DNA of 17,523 nt, from assembly GCA_039589315.1 (NCBI GenBank), contig JBDHHQ010000113.1:1-17523 (forward strand), read 5' to 3'. Position numbers and translations under genes: made by a program. Source of the stretch: Gemmatimonadota bacterium. GTDB taxonomy: Bacteria; Gemmatimonadota; Gemmatimonadetes; Longimicrobiales; Gaopeijiaceae. How positions within the stretch are numbered: position 1 is the first letter of the stretch; each line of letters opens with the position of its first letter. The notes under the pieces were generated by a model. That model worked only from the letters and a program-made list of their open reading frames with translations. It did no database searches and was not told the DNA's origin. This document shows, piece by piece, positions 8,314 through 16,262 of the stretch.

Positions 8314-11034
8314 TCAGCTCCCCACCCGCGCCTTCAGCTCCTCGAACCAGTTCTCCACCACGATGAGCTGATTCGGGTCGCCCGTCTCCCCGAACACCCG
8401 GGCCATCAGGAACTGCTCGTCGTCCGGTGATACATCGTACTGGGTGGTGCGGTCGCCCAGGATGTACTGGGCATCGATCCTGAACAGTGCTCGTCGCTCC
8501 CCGACCCGGAAGCCCGGCTCCGTCTCGATCTGGGCGGCCACCATCTCGCGGTCGCCGTTCACGTAGAAGAGCTCCCGCCCGCTGTGGGCGAACAGGGGCG
8601 ACAGTCCCCCACCGGTGGAGATCTGCCACTTCCCCGACCCGACATCGGGAAAGGGACGCACGAAAACCTCGTCGCTTCCGGTCTCGTTGGACTGGTAGGC
8701 CAGCCATCGTCCGTCGGGAGAAAGGTCGATGGCGCTCTCGTCGAACTCCGCGCCGAGAAGCGGGACAGGAACGCTATCGCGCCCGGGCCTGACCGCCAGG
8801 ACATCCCGTCCGCCCGATACGCCTCCCTGTCCGCCGGTCCTGAGCAGCAGCCATTCCTCGTCGGGGCTCCAGAACGCCTCCGCGAGTGTGCGCTCGAAAT
8901 CGACCACGAGTTGGGCCTCGCCGGTGCCGTCCGCGCGCTTCACCCACACGTCGAGGTTTCCACCCCGGTTGGAAAGGAAGGTCACGGACTGCCCGTCGGC
9001 CGTCCATTGGGGCATCCGGTCGTGACCCTCGTCGAAGGTGAGGCGGGAAAGGGGGCCCTGCGGTAGCTCCTTGACCCAGATATCGTGACCGGCTTCGGTA
9101 AGCGATCGGAGCACGATCCGGCTACCGTCGGGCGAGAGAGCCCAGCCTCGGTTGGCGTCTCCGGGGTTGATCGTCCAGTCGGGATCCACGGGCGTCGCCC
9201 CGCCCTGGCGCGTAACCCAGACGAGCTCCACATCCGTATTGGATGCGGCGCTCCCCGTGGTGTACATCAACGTCCCCGTGTTGGACACCGCCAGGTCGGC
9301 CACGCCCGCAGGGGTCACACGAACGCCTTGGACCATGGCGACAGGGTCGCCCGTCACCGCCAGCTCGTTCTGGTCGAAGGTTGCCGCCATCAGCGTGCCA
9401 TCCGCAGTCACGTAGACCAGGTGGCCGGAAGGCGAGTAGGTGCCGTAGACGCCCCGGACGAGCACGCGATGCTCCCCGCTGGCGAGATCCAGGACTGCGA
9501 TGTCGCGAGCCGCCAGGTCCCCTCCTCTGGCGATCGAAAACAGCACTCCCTTGCCGTTGGGCAGGGCAGTGGTCCACTTGTGCGCGAGCTCGTTGGCAGT
9601 GGTGTCAGGCACCGTCACGATCTCGAGAGCACCGCCCGTGGCGGGGACCCGCATGATGCCTTCGTTGGCCGGGTCGCCGCCTGTACCGTCCGCGTAGATG
9701 TAGCCGTCGACCCCCCAGGATGCGCCGGCATAGCCGATGCCCGAGTCGGCCACGGCGAGCGGTGGACCCCCGCTCAACGACACCACCCATATGGTCGTCG
9801 GGCCAGCGGTGTAGTACGCGACCCGTTCGCCATCGGGCGAGAAGAACGGCGACCCCACAGTGGGGCCCTGGGTGCCTGGGATGGCCGTGGCGGTCAGCTG
9901 GGACCGGTCCCGCAGCCAGAGCTGGTCGGCGCCTCCCGGAACCGGGCCCGTATAGACGAAGCGCTCGGAGTTGGGCGAGAGTGCGAGCCGTGGGCGAATT
10001 CTGGGCGCGAGCGTCACATCGGTCAGCCCGAGGCTATAACGTAGTACGGGAGCGGGCGGGTCGGGTCGCAGCGACACGACTCCCAGCGTGGCCACTGCCA
10101 CCGCCGCCACACTCCACCCGATCAAGGCGTTTCGCTTCCACGGGCTGCCTCCAGCAACGTTCGCCGCCCCAACCGCTTCTCCGTGCCGGAACGAAGGCTC
10201 GGCCAACGCCTTCGCAAACTCGCCGGTCGTCTTGAACCGGTCCGCCGGCAGCTTCTCGAGAGCCTTCCGGATCGCGGCGTCCACGTTGGCCGGGATCGAG
10301 CTCCGGATGGCCGTCGCCGAGACGGGCGCTCCCGCGATGATCTTCCCCAGGACCGCCTGTGCGGTAGCCCCGGGATACGGCGGCTCGCCCACCAGCATCT
10401 CGTACAGCACGCATCCCAGCGAGTAGGTGTCGGCCGCTGCCCCGATCACCTGGTCTCCCGTCGCTTGCTCAGGGCTCATGTAGAACGGCGTGCCGACGCT
10501 CAAGCCCGTCTCCGTCAGCCGCGCCCCTCCCGCCCCGCCCACCGCCAGCGCGATGCCGAAGTCGGCGATGAGCGGCCGCCCCTCGTGCATCAGCACGTTG
10601 GCCGGCTTGATGTCCCTGTGGATCACCCCCGCGCGATGCGCGTAGTCCAGCGCCTCGGCCATGTCCGTGGCGATGCGGAGCCCTTCGTCCACGGGAAGCT
10701 GCCGCTCCCGGTCCAGCCGTTGCCGCAGCGTCTCGCCGTCGACGTATGGCATCACATAGAAGAGGAAGCCGTCTGCCTCCCCGGAGTCGTGGAGCGGCAG
10801 GATGTGAGGATGCTGCAGGTTGGCCGTCGTCTCGATCTCGGTCAGGAACCTGTCGGCCCCTACCACGGCAGCCAGCTCGGGCTTCAACACCTTCACCGCG
10901 ACCTTACGCTTGTGCTTGAGGTCGTCGGCCAGGTACACGGTGGCCATGCCACCTTGTCCCAACTCACGGATCAGGTCGTAGCGGCCTTCCAAAGCCGCCT
11001 TCAGGCGCTCAGGGACTGCGGGGAGGTCGGTCAT
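8314..11034 (-). CDS. Hanks-type Ser/Thr protein kinase with a TM helix and C-terminal TolB-like/PD40 beta-propellers
   Basis: Kinase motifs LGQGGMATVY, VAVK, HRDIKPAN, DFG and YMSPEQ. TM segment ALIGWSVAAVAVATLGVV is followed by repeated (L/F/W)SPDG blades and the C-terminal VVENWFEELK. Confidence 0.95.
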   Translation of the reverse strand: MTDLPAVPERLKAALEGRYDLIRELGQGGMATVYLADDLKHKRKVAVKVLKPELAAVVGADRFLTEIETTANLQHPHILPLHDSGEADGFLFYVMPYVDGETLRQRLDRERQLPVDEGLRIATDMAEALDYAHRAGVIHRDIKPANVLMHEGRPLIADFGIALAVGGAGGARLTETGLSVGTPFYMSPEQATGDQVIGAAADTYSLGCVLYEMLVGEPPYPGATAQAVLGKIIAGAPVSATAIRSSIPANVDAAIRKALEKLPADRFKTTGEFAKALAEPSFRHGEAVGAANVAGGSPWKRNALIGWSVAAVAVATLGVVSLRPDPPAPVLRYSLGLTDVTLAPRIRPRLALSPNSERFVYTGPVPGGADQLWLRDRSQLTATAIPGTQGPTVGSPFFSPDGERVAYYTAGPTTIWVVSLSGGPPLAVADSGIGYAGASWGVDGYIYADGTGGDPANEGIMRVPATGGALEIVTVPDTTANELAHKWTTALPNGKGVLFSIARGGDLAARDIAVLDLASGEHRVLVRGVYGTYSPSGHLVYVTADGTLMAATFDQNELAVTGDPVAMVQGVRVTPAGVADLAVSNTGTLMYTTGSAASNTDVELVWVTRQGGATPVDPDWTINPGDANRGWALSPDGSRIVLRSLTEAGHDIWVKELPQGPLSRLTFDEGHDRMPQWTADGQSVTFLSNRGGNLDVWVKRADGTGEAQLVVDFERTLAEAFWSPDEEWLLLRTGGQGGVSGGRDVLAVRPGRDSVPVPLLGAEFDESAIDLSPDGRWLAYQSNETGSDEVFVRPFPDVGSGKWQISTGGGLSPLFAHSGRELFYVNGDREMVAAQIETEPGFRVGERRALFRIDAQYILGDRTTQYDVSPDDEQFLMARVFGETGDPNQLIVVENWFEELKARVGS

Positions 11035-11284
11035 TCGTTCGCCCGGCGAGAGTGGCGGCTATGCGGCCAAGCGGTCCGGCGGTCGCAGACCAACATGACG
11101 ATCGGTTGACGGGAAGGGCAAGAAAGCCGCGGTAGAGGCTTTGCACCTCCGTCCGTCCCTTCGAACCGACTGGTGTCCGAATAGGATCCTCGACCTACTT
11201 TCGGTCGCGTGTGCGCCGTTCGACCACGTACGCGCAATAGGCCGGCTCCGGGCGGTCCAGAAGCCGGATTGAAGGGGGGTGAGA

Positions 11285-12805
11285 ATGAAGCAACGGATCG
11301 TTTTCCAGAGATGCCTCCGTGTCCTGCTCGGCTGGGCGTCCATGGTCGGTTGGGTCGGGACGGGTGCCGCGGCGAGTCAGACCCCAACCGCGGCCGCTCC
11401 CGATCATGCGGCTGTCGACCTCGTCCGTCAGGCTTCGGGCCCCGGCCTCGACGCTACGGCGGTAGCCCGCATCGACAGCGTCTTTCGAGATCTGGACCGG
11501 ACGGCGACACCAGGCTGCGCAGCCGGTGTGACCCTCGACGCAGCCCTGGTGTTCGCCGACGGCTATGGCAGCGCGAACCTCGACCACCAGATCCCCATCA
11601 CGCCCCAGACGGTCTTCTACACGGGATCTGTCTCGAAGCGGTTCACGGCCGCGGCCATCGCGCTGGCGGCGTGGAACGGGCACCTGTCCCTGGACGACGA
11701 CGTCAGACGCTGGATACCGGAGCTGCCGGACTACGGAAAGACGATCACCGTTCGTCACCTGGTGCATCACACGAGTGGGATCCGTGACTATCTGACCCTT
11801 CAAGCCATCGCCGGCACACCGCCAGGGGCGTCGGACGACGAGATCATCGAGCTGCTGGCTAGACAAAAGGCGCTCAACTTCCCGCCTGGCGCCCGGTATC
11901 TGTACAGCAACAGCGGCTACTTCCTCATGTCAGAGATCGTGGGGCGTGCTACGGGCTCGAGCCTACGCGAGTTTGCCCACCTTCACTTCTTCGCACCCCT
12001 GGGTTTGCTCGACACCCATTTTCACGACGACCCCAACCATGTGGTCCAATGGCGGGCCACGGGCTACGCACCGACGGACGAGAAGGTCGATGCGGACGGC
12101 CCGGCGCGGAACGCCCACCGCATGGAGCACTGGTGGCGCTTTGCCCAAGTAGGATCCGGGGGGCTCTACTCGAACGTGGTGGACCTGGCCCGGTGGGAAG
12201 CCGCATTCGAAGCCGGCGACGTGGGTCCGCCTGGTTTCGCCGCATCACTTCTGGAACGGGGCGTGCTCGCCAACGGCGAGACCCTCGACTACGCGTTCGG
12301 CCTGAGGATCAGCCGGTTCCGGGGACTGCCCGCCGTCGCCCACGGTGGATCTCTGGCCGGCTTCCGCGCCCAGATGCTGAGCTTTCCCGACGAGTCCACG
12401 TCCATCATCGTGCTGTGCAACGTGACAGACGCCGATCCACGTGGCCGCGCCGAGCGGGTGGCGGAGATCGTTATGGGCGATCGGCTGGAGTCGCCGGCGG
12501 CAGCCACCGCCCCACCCGATGAGCCCGGCGGCGGCGAGCCACCCACCCTGACCGCACAGGAGCTCGCGGAGTTTGTGGGGACGTATCGGTCGGACGAGCT
12601 GGACACTGACCACCGAATCCGCGTCGAAGAAGGTGCCCCCGTACTCCACGGTAGAGGAGCCCTAACACCCTCCGCGCCGGATGTCTTCACAGTCGGCGGA
12701 GGCATGACCCTCCGATTCGAGCGAGATGGAAGCGGACGGATCACCCACTACGTGCTGGATGCAGGCCGAGCCAACGGGCTGATCTTCCGGCGCGAAGCGC
12801 CGTGA
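11285..12805 (+). CDS. Secreted beta-lactamase-family (AmpC/CubicO-like) serine hydrolase
   Basis: SxxK (GSVSK), LVHHTSG, YxN (YSNSGY), GGLYS and HGG motifs, plus a C-terminal small beta domain (FVGTYRSDEL). ATG 11285 follows a G-rich RBS and starts a signal peptide. Confidence 0.92.
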   Translation: MKQRIVFQRCLRVLLGWASMVGWVGTGAAASQTPTAAAPDHAAVDLVRQASGPGLDATAVARIDSVFRDLDRTATPGCAAGVTLDAALVFADGYGSANLDHQIPITPQTVFYTGSVSKRFTAAAIALAAWNGHLSLDDDVRRWIPELPDYGKTITVRHLVHHTSGIRDYLTLQAIAGTPPGASDDEIIELLARQKALNFPPGARYLYSNSGYFLMSEIVGRATGSSLREFAHLHFFAPLGLLDTHFHDDPNHVVQWRATGYAPTDEKVDADGPARNAHRMEHWWRFAQVGSGGLYSNVVDLARWEAAFEAGDVGPPGFAASLLERGVLANGETLDYAFGLRISRFRGLPAVAHGGSLAGFRAQMLSFPDESTSIIVLCNVTDADPRGRAERVAEIVMGDRLESPAAATAPPDEPGGGEPPTLTAQELAEFVGTYRSDELDTDHRIRVEEGAPVLHGRGALTPSAPDVFTVGGGMTLRFERDGSGRITHYVLDAGRANGLIFRREAP

Positions 12806-12860
12806 GGCCCTGCGGCTGCGAAGCCGCCCATCCTACCGTGGTGGAGTCCACCCGCGAGCT

Positions 12861-12887
12861 AGAGTGGTGCTGCAAAAGCACCACTCT
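12861..12887. repeat. Perfect 11-bp inverted repeat between convergent genes (possible terminator/REP-like hairpin or IS-end scar)
   Basis: AGAGTGGTGCT-gcaaa-AGCACCACTCT, with no flanking U-tract. Confidence 0.7.
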
Positions 12888-12928
12888 GCGGCCCGCGACG
12901 TGGCCCTTTTCGCGTCAGATCGCCACCT

Positions 12929-13813
12929 CTATCCCCTCGCCACCGCCCGCGCCTTTGCAATCACGTCCGGCCACAGGTCAGCGAGCCAGGTCCCCGCCGT
13001 GTAGCCGTCGAGCTCTCCCACCAGCCGCCGCGCCTGATCGGGGGAGAAGTAGTTCTCCCAGTCTCCCACCTGACCCTTGCGGACGAAGGGCGGCATGTCG
13101 TCGGGGCGCTGGCTCGACCAACGGTGCTGGTCCCTTCTCATCCTGGCGAAGCTGCTGTGCTCCAGAACCTCGTCGACTACGGCCGGATCGGCGACGGCTT
13201 CGCTGAACTGCCCACCGAGAAAACGGCCGACGTCCAACACGACCGATCGCGGCTCGGACCGCATGGCCTCGAAGGTGGTGAACAGGACGTTGTCCTCTTC
13301 TGCCCGCTCTCCCCACGAGACGAGGTGGTCGAAATAGCTGCCCCAATCCACTCGACCCGCGATGAAGCACTCGAAGAACTCGTCGAACGTCCCGTCGGCG
13401 AAGTCGTAGTGCTTCACGAAGCCCCGGGTGTGATGGAAGAACGAAACGGCACAGTCGAGGGGATTCCTGGCCACGTAGACGTAGCGGGCGCCGGCATGGA
13501 GCGGCGTCATCGCGAAAGGCAAGTGGGTCTTGATGAGCCTGGGCTCGTCCATGCACTCGACGAACTCGCCGCCCACTTCCTCGAGGTGTGGGAACTTCTC
13601 GGTCAGCCGTTCGTCTCCTGACAGAGGGCGGCCGCCATGAGCGAGTAGCCAGACGATGTGCTGCATCCAGGTCGTGCCGCACTTCGGGTAGGTCGCCACG
13701 AAGACGTCTCCCGGACGAGCCTCAGAGCTCAACGCGGATACGAAGGCCTCGACGGGGAACCCCATAGGCATGAGGAACCCGTCGTGGGAGGTGTAGCGAG
13801 GAGACCGTGTCAT
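12929..13813 (-). CDS. PAPS-dependent sulfotransferase (Sulfotransfer_1, cytosolic SULT-like)
   Basis: 5'-PSB TYPKCGTTW, catalytic KTHLP, 3'-PB ARNPLDCAVS and C-terminal RKGQVGDW. The start is most likely ATG 13813 (MTRSPRY), giving 294 aa. Confidence 0.93.
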   Translation of the reverse strand: MTRSPRYTSHDGFLMPMGFPVEAFVSALSSEARPGDVFVATYPKCGTTWMQHIVWLLAHGGRPLSGDERLTEKFPHLEEVGGEFVECMDEPRLIKTHLPFAMTPLHAGARYVYVARNPLDCAVSFFHHTRGFVKHYDFADGTFDEFFECFIAGRVDWGSYFDHLVSWGERAEEDNVLFTTFEAMRSEPRSVVLDVGRFLGGQFSEAVADPAVVDEVLEHSSFARMRRDQHRWSSQRPDDMPPFVRKGQVGDWENYFSPDQARRLVGELDGYTAGTWLADLWPDVIAKARAVARG

Positions 13814-14064
13814 TTCGAAGGCGTTCCGTTCGCGAAGTTCGGACCTGGTGCGACCCGACCCGCCAGCATGCACCCGCCGAACCCAAGGGCCGGTGCGGCT
13901 CGAGGGCTCCGTTGAGGATCCAGGGACCTCGGGTACCCTTCCCCACAACCATCCGCGTGGATTGCCCGATTGGAAAGCGGCCGGGCGGCCCGCGACGTTG
14001 ATTTGTTCGACGGGATTGTCTCCACCGAGCCCGATGTAACTCGAGACCGGCAGGAGGTCGACCG

Positions 14065-15096
14065 GTGTCCCTCGCAAGCGCCGAGCGGGAGTTGATCGCC
14101 CTCGGCATCTCTGTCGCCGCAGGGTGCAAGCCCTGCACCAGCCATCATCTTCGGGCGGCCCGCGAAGCCGGCGTCACCGACGAGGAGATGATGGAGGCGG
14201 TGGCGGTTGCTGTCTCCGTGAGGACTCACGCCACGGAGGTCATGGAGCGGTTCTTCCTTGCCCGACTCGGTCCGCGATGGCGGTCCAAGCAAGGTCGCCC
14301 TCCCCGATTGGATCCGCCTGGTCGGGTTGGCGTGCTCGTGTCTCTGGGCGTAGCCCACGCGGTCAATTGCACTTCGAGCGTACGTCGTCATAGAGGCACG
14401 GCGGTAGCAGCGGGCATCCCACATGCGGACATCGACACGGTGCTGAAGCTGGCGCGACACATCAAGGGGAGGGGGGCCTACCACGTCGAGAAATACGCAC
14501 CACCGACCACCGACGAGCGAGTCTTTCTGTTCCTCGACCTCACCGACTCCACCGGGATCGCCGAGCGACTCGGACATGAAGACTACAGCCGGCTCATCCG
14601 CGCCTGCTATCACGATCTGACCGACCTCGTCATCCGATATCGAGCAGAAATCTACCAGTACGTCGGAGATGAGGTGGTGCTCAGCTGGAGCCTGGCCGAC
14701 GGCCTTGCCGACGCGAACTGCGCTCGGATTCTCTTCGTCTTTCGCGACAAGCTCGCAGCTCGTCGCGAGAAGTATGAAGCCAGCTTCGGCATCCAGCCGT
14801 CCTTCCGGGGGGGTGCCGACCTGGGCCCGGTCACAAGGGCAGACGTGGGCGGCGTGAGCCCCGAGATCGCATACCACGGTGACGTGCTCAACACCGCGTC
14901 TCGCATCCTAGGGCTCGCGAAGGCCCACCAGGAGCCACTCCTGATCTCCGGGCGGGTGCGGGACGCCCTGCCGACGGTCCCGGACCTGCTCACGCGGTTC
15001 GTCGCAGACGTCGTCCCGCGAGGCAAGAGCGAGCAGCTCCGAGTGTATGGCGTCGATCCGATTACGTCCGAATCGCTCACAGCAGAGCCTGCATAG
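14065..15096 (+). CDS. Fusion of a CMD/AhpD-like domain (two repeats) and a class III adenylate/guanylate-cyclase-family domain
   Basis: AGGAGG RBS before GTG. The N-terminus has ERELIALGISVAAGCKPCTSHHLRAAREAGVTDEE and a second repeat LVSLGVAHAVNCTSSVRRH..AAG. The C-terminus has FLFLDLTDST, YQYVGDE and GDVLNTASRI. Confidence 0.88.
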   Translation: MSLASAERELIALGISVAAGCKPCTSHHLRAAREAGVTDEEMMEAVAVAVSVRTHATEVMERFFLARLGPRWRSKQGRPPRLDPPGRVGVLVSLGVAHAVNCTSSVRRHRGTAVAAGIPHADIDTVLKLARHIKGRGAYHVEKYAPPTTDERVFLFLDLTDSTGIAERLGHEDYSRLIRACYHDLTDLVIRYRAEIYQYVGDEVVLSWSLADGLADANCARILFVFRDKLAARREKYEASFGIQPSFRGGADLGPVTRADVGGVSPEIAYHGDVLNTASRILGLAKAHQEPLLISGRVRDALPTVPDLLTRFVADVVPRGKSEQLRVYGVDPITSESLTAEPA

Positions 15097-15119
15097 TGCA
15101 GAACAACCTGGAGGAATCC

Positions 15120-15275
15120 ATGGCTGGCATGAGCTCGGCGATGGAGAAACATCACCGGCTGATTATCTCGAGTCTGGTCGCCGTGATCGTCTTCTTCATG
15201 ATCGCGTGCACGTTCCACGATGTCATCCCGATCTGCCACTACCTCTTCGGTTGCGACCACGGGATGCACGTCTAG
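15120..15275 (+). CDS. Small (51 aa) single-TM or lipoprotein-like peptide with a Cys/His-rich C-terminus
   Basis: GGAGGA RBS directly upstream of ATG 15120, TAG at 15273-15275. Translation: MAGMSSAMEKHHRLIISSLVAVIVFFMIACTFHDVIPICHYLFGCDHGMHV. Third codon positions are GC-rich, and it fills the gap between two same-strand genes. It is below the ORF-track length cutoff. Confidence 0.8.
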   Translation: MAGMSSAMEKHHRLIISSLVAVIVFFMIACTFHDVIPICHYLFGCDHGMHV

Positions 15276-15363
15276 CACGCGCACATGGGCCGATGCGCCA
15301 CGCCTGGGTCGTCAGCCAGAGCCACGCAGAAGCCCGAATGAAACGGAATGTGAGGCCGCTGTA

Positions 15364-16233
15364 ATGAACACGAATCTGCTCGATCTCACCGATGGCCGGC
15401 GGCTCTGCTGGGCTGAGTATGGCGACGGCAATGGAACTCCCCTCTTCCTGTTTCACGGAAACCCTGGCTCCCGACTGTGCTGGGGTGCCTGGCCAGGTTT
15501 GCAGTCTCTTCGTGGGGCGCGACTCATCGCCCCGGATCGGCCGGGTTATGGGCGAACCGACTTCACGCCGTCCGCTCTGGAGTCCTGGCCATCGGACATA
15601 GTCGAGTTGGCCGATCATCTCGGCATCGAGAAGTTCGCGGTCTTCGGGCCATCCGGGGGAGCGCCCTATGCCCTGGCCTGTGCGTGGAAGATCCCGGACC
15701 GCCTGACGGCCGTAGGCGTGTTCGGCGCCGTAGGTCCCAATGCGCCAGAGGCGATCGTAGGGGTGCACCGTTCGCTCAAGCTGCTCTGGCGGATCGCGAG
15801 ACCGCTCCAGCCGATCGTTCGCCTGCAAATGCTCTTGATGGCCCGAGTCGCCCAGAGAGACCCCGCTCGGCTGGCGCGCAACATGCGGGACCTCGAGTTG
15901 CGGGAGGAGGACCGGGCCATCTTCGACCGACCGGAGATTGTCGGGATGTTCGCCCAGGATTTTCCCGAGGCCTATCGCCAGAACGGCATCGGGTCAGCCT
16001 ACGATGCAACGATTCCGGCGAATTGGCCCATCCCGCTCGAGGACGTGCACATGAAGGTCCGACTCTGGCACGCCGAGCGGGATCCGCTGGTTGGGAACAT
16101 GACCCTCTACCTCGCCGAGCACTTACCGAATGCAGAGCTGCAACGCCTCCCCGGCGAGGGTCACCTCTGGATCCTCGATCACCTGGCGGAAGTGCTCGAT
16201 AGCCTGCTCGAGCATGAGCTGAGGCCGGGGTAG
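15364..16233 (+). CDS. Alpha/beta fold hydrolase (Abhydrolase_1)
   Basis: DGRRLCWAEYGD, FHGNPGSR, APDRPGYG, nucleophile GPSGG, WHAERD and GEGHL. ATG 15364 has GAGG upstream. Confidence 0.92.
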   Translation: MNTNLLDLTDGRRLCWAEYGDGNGTPLFLFHGNPGSRLCWGAWPGLQSLRGARLIAPDRPGYGRTDFTPSALESWPSDIVELADHLGIEKFAVFGPSGGAPYALACAWKIPDRLTAVGVFGAVGPNAPEAIVGVHRSLKLLWRIARPLQPIVRLQMLLMARVAQRDPARLARNMRDLELREEDRAIFDRPEIVGMFAQDFPEAYRQNGIGSAYDATIPANWPIPLEDVHMKVRLWHAERDPLVGNMTLYLAEHLPNAELQRLPGEGHLWILDHLAEVLDSLLEHELRPG

Positions 16234-16262
16234 GGGCTGCTGTGGCAAACGGGCTGTGACGG

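Noticed and set aside
8273..8315. Intrinsic terminator between flp and the kinase (GATCGC/GCGATC enclosing CGGAC/GTCCG)
   Set aside because: The stems are short and there is no U-tract on either strand, so it cannot be distinguished from chance.
11101..11170. c-di-GMP-I riboswitch suggested by GCAAAGCC on the minus strand
   Set aside because: The upstream GNRA-capped stem and the downstream consensus pairing are not recognisable.
11285..12805. Antibiotic-resistance beta-lactamase call
   Set aside because: The HGG triad and extra C-terminal domain indicate the broad peptidase/esterase branch, and the motifs alone do not imply resistance.
13814..14077. N-terminal extension of the sulfotransferase ORF to 14077
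   Set aside because: It is low-complexity, overlaps the start of the divergent cyclase gene, and SULT similarity begins only after Met 13813.
14065..15275. Pycsar-type anti-phage system (cyclase plus membrane effector)
   Set aside because: The downstream peptide has no cyclic-nucleotide-binding or TIR domain, and no other defence genes are in the window.
15220..15363. Upstream start for the alpha/beta hydrolase at 15220
   Set aside because: It overlaps the 51-aa peptide gene, and the family-typical N-terminus begins at ATG 15364.
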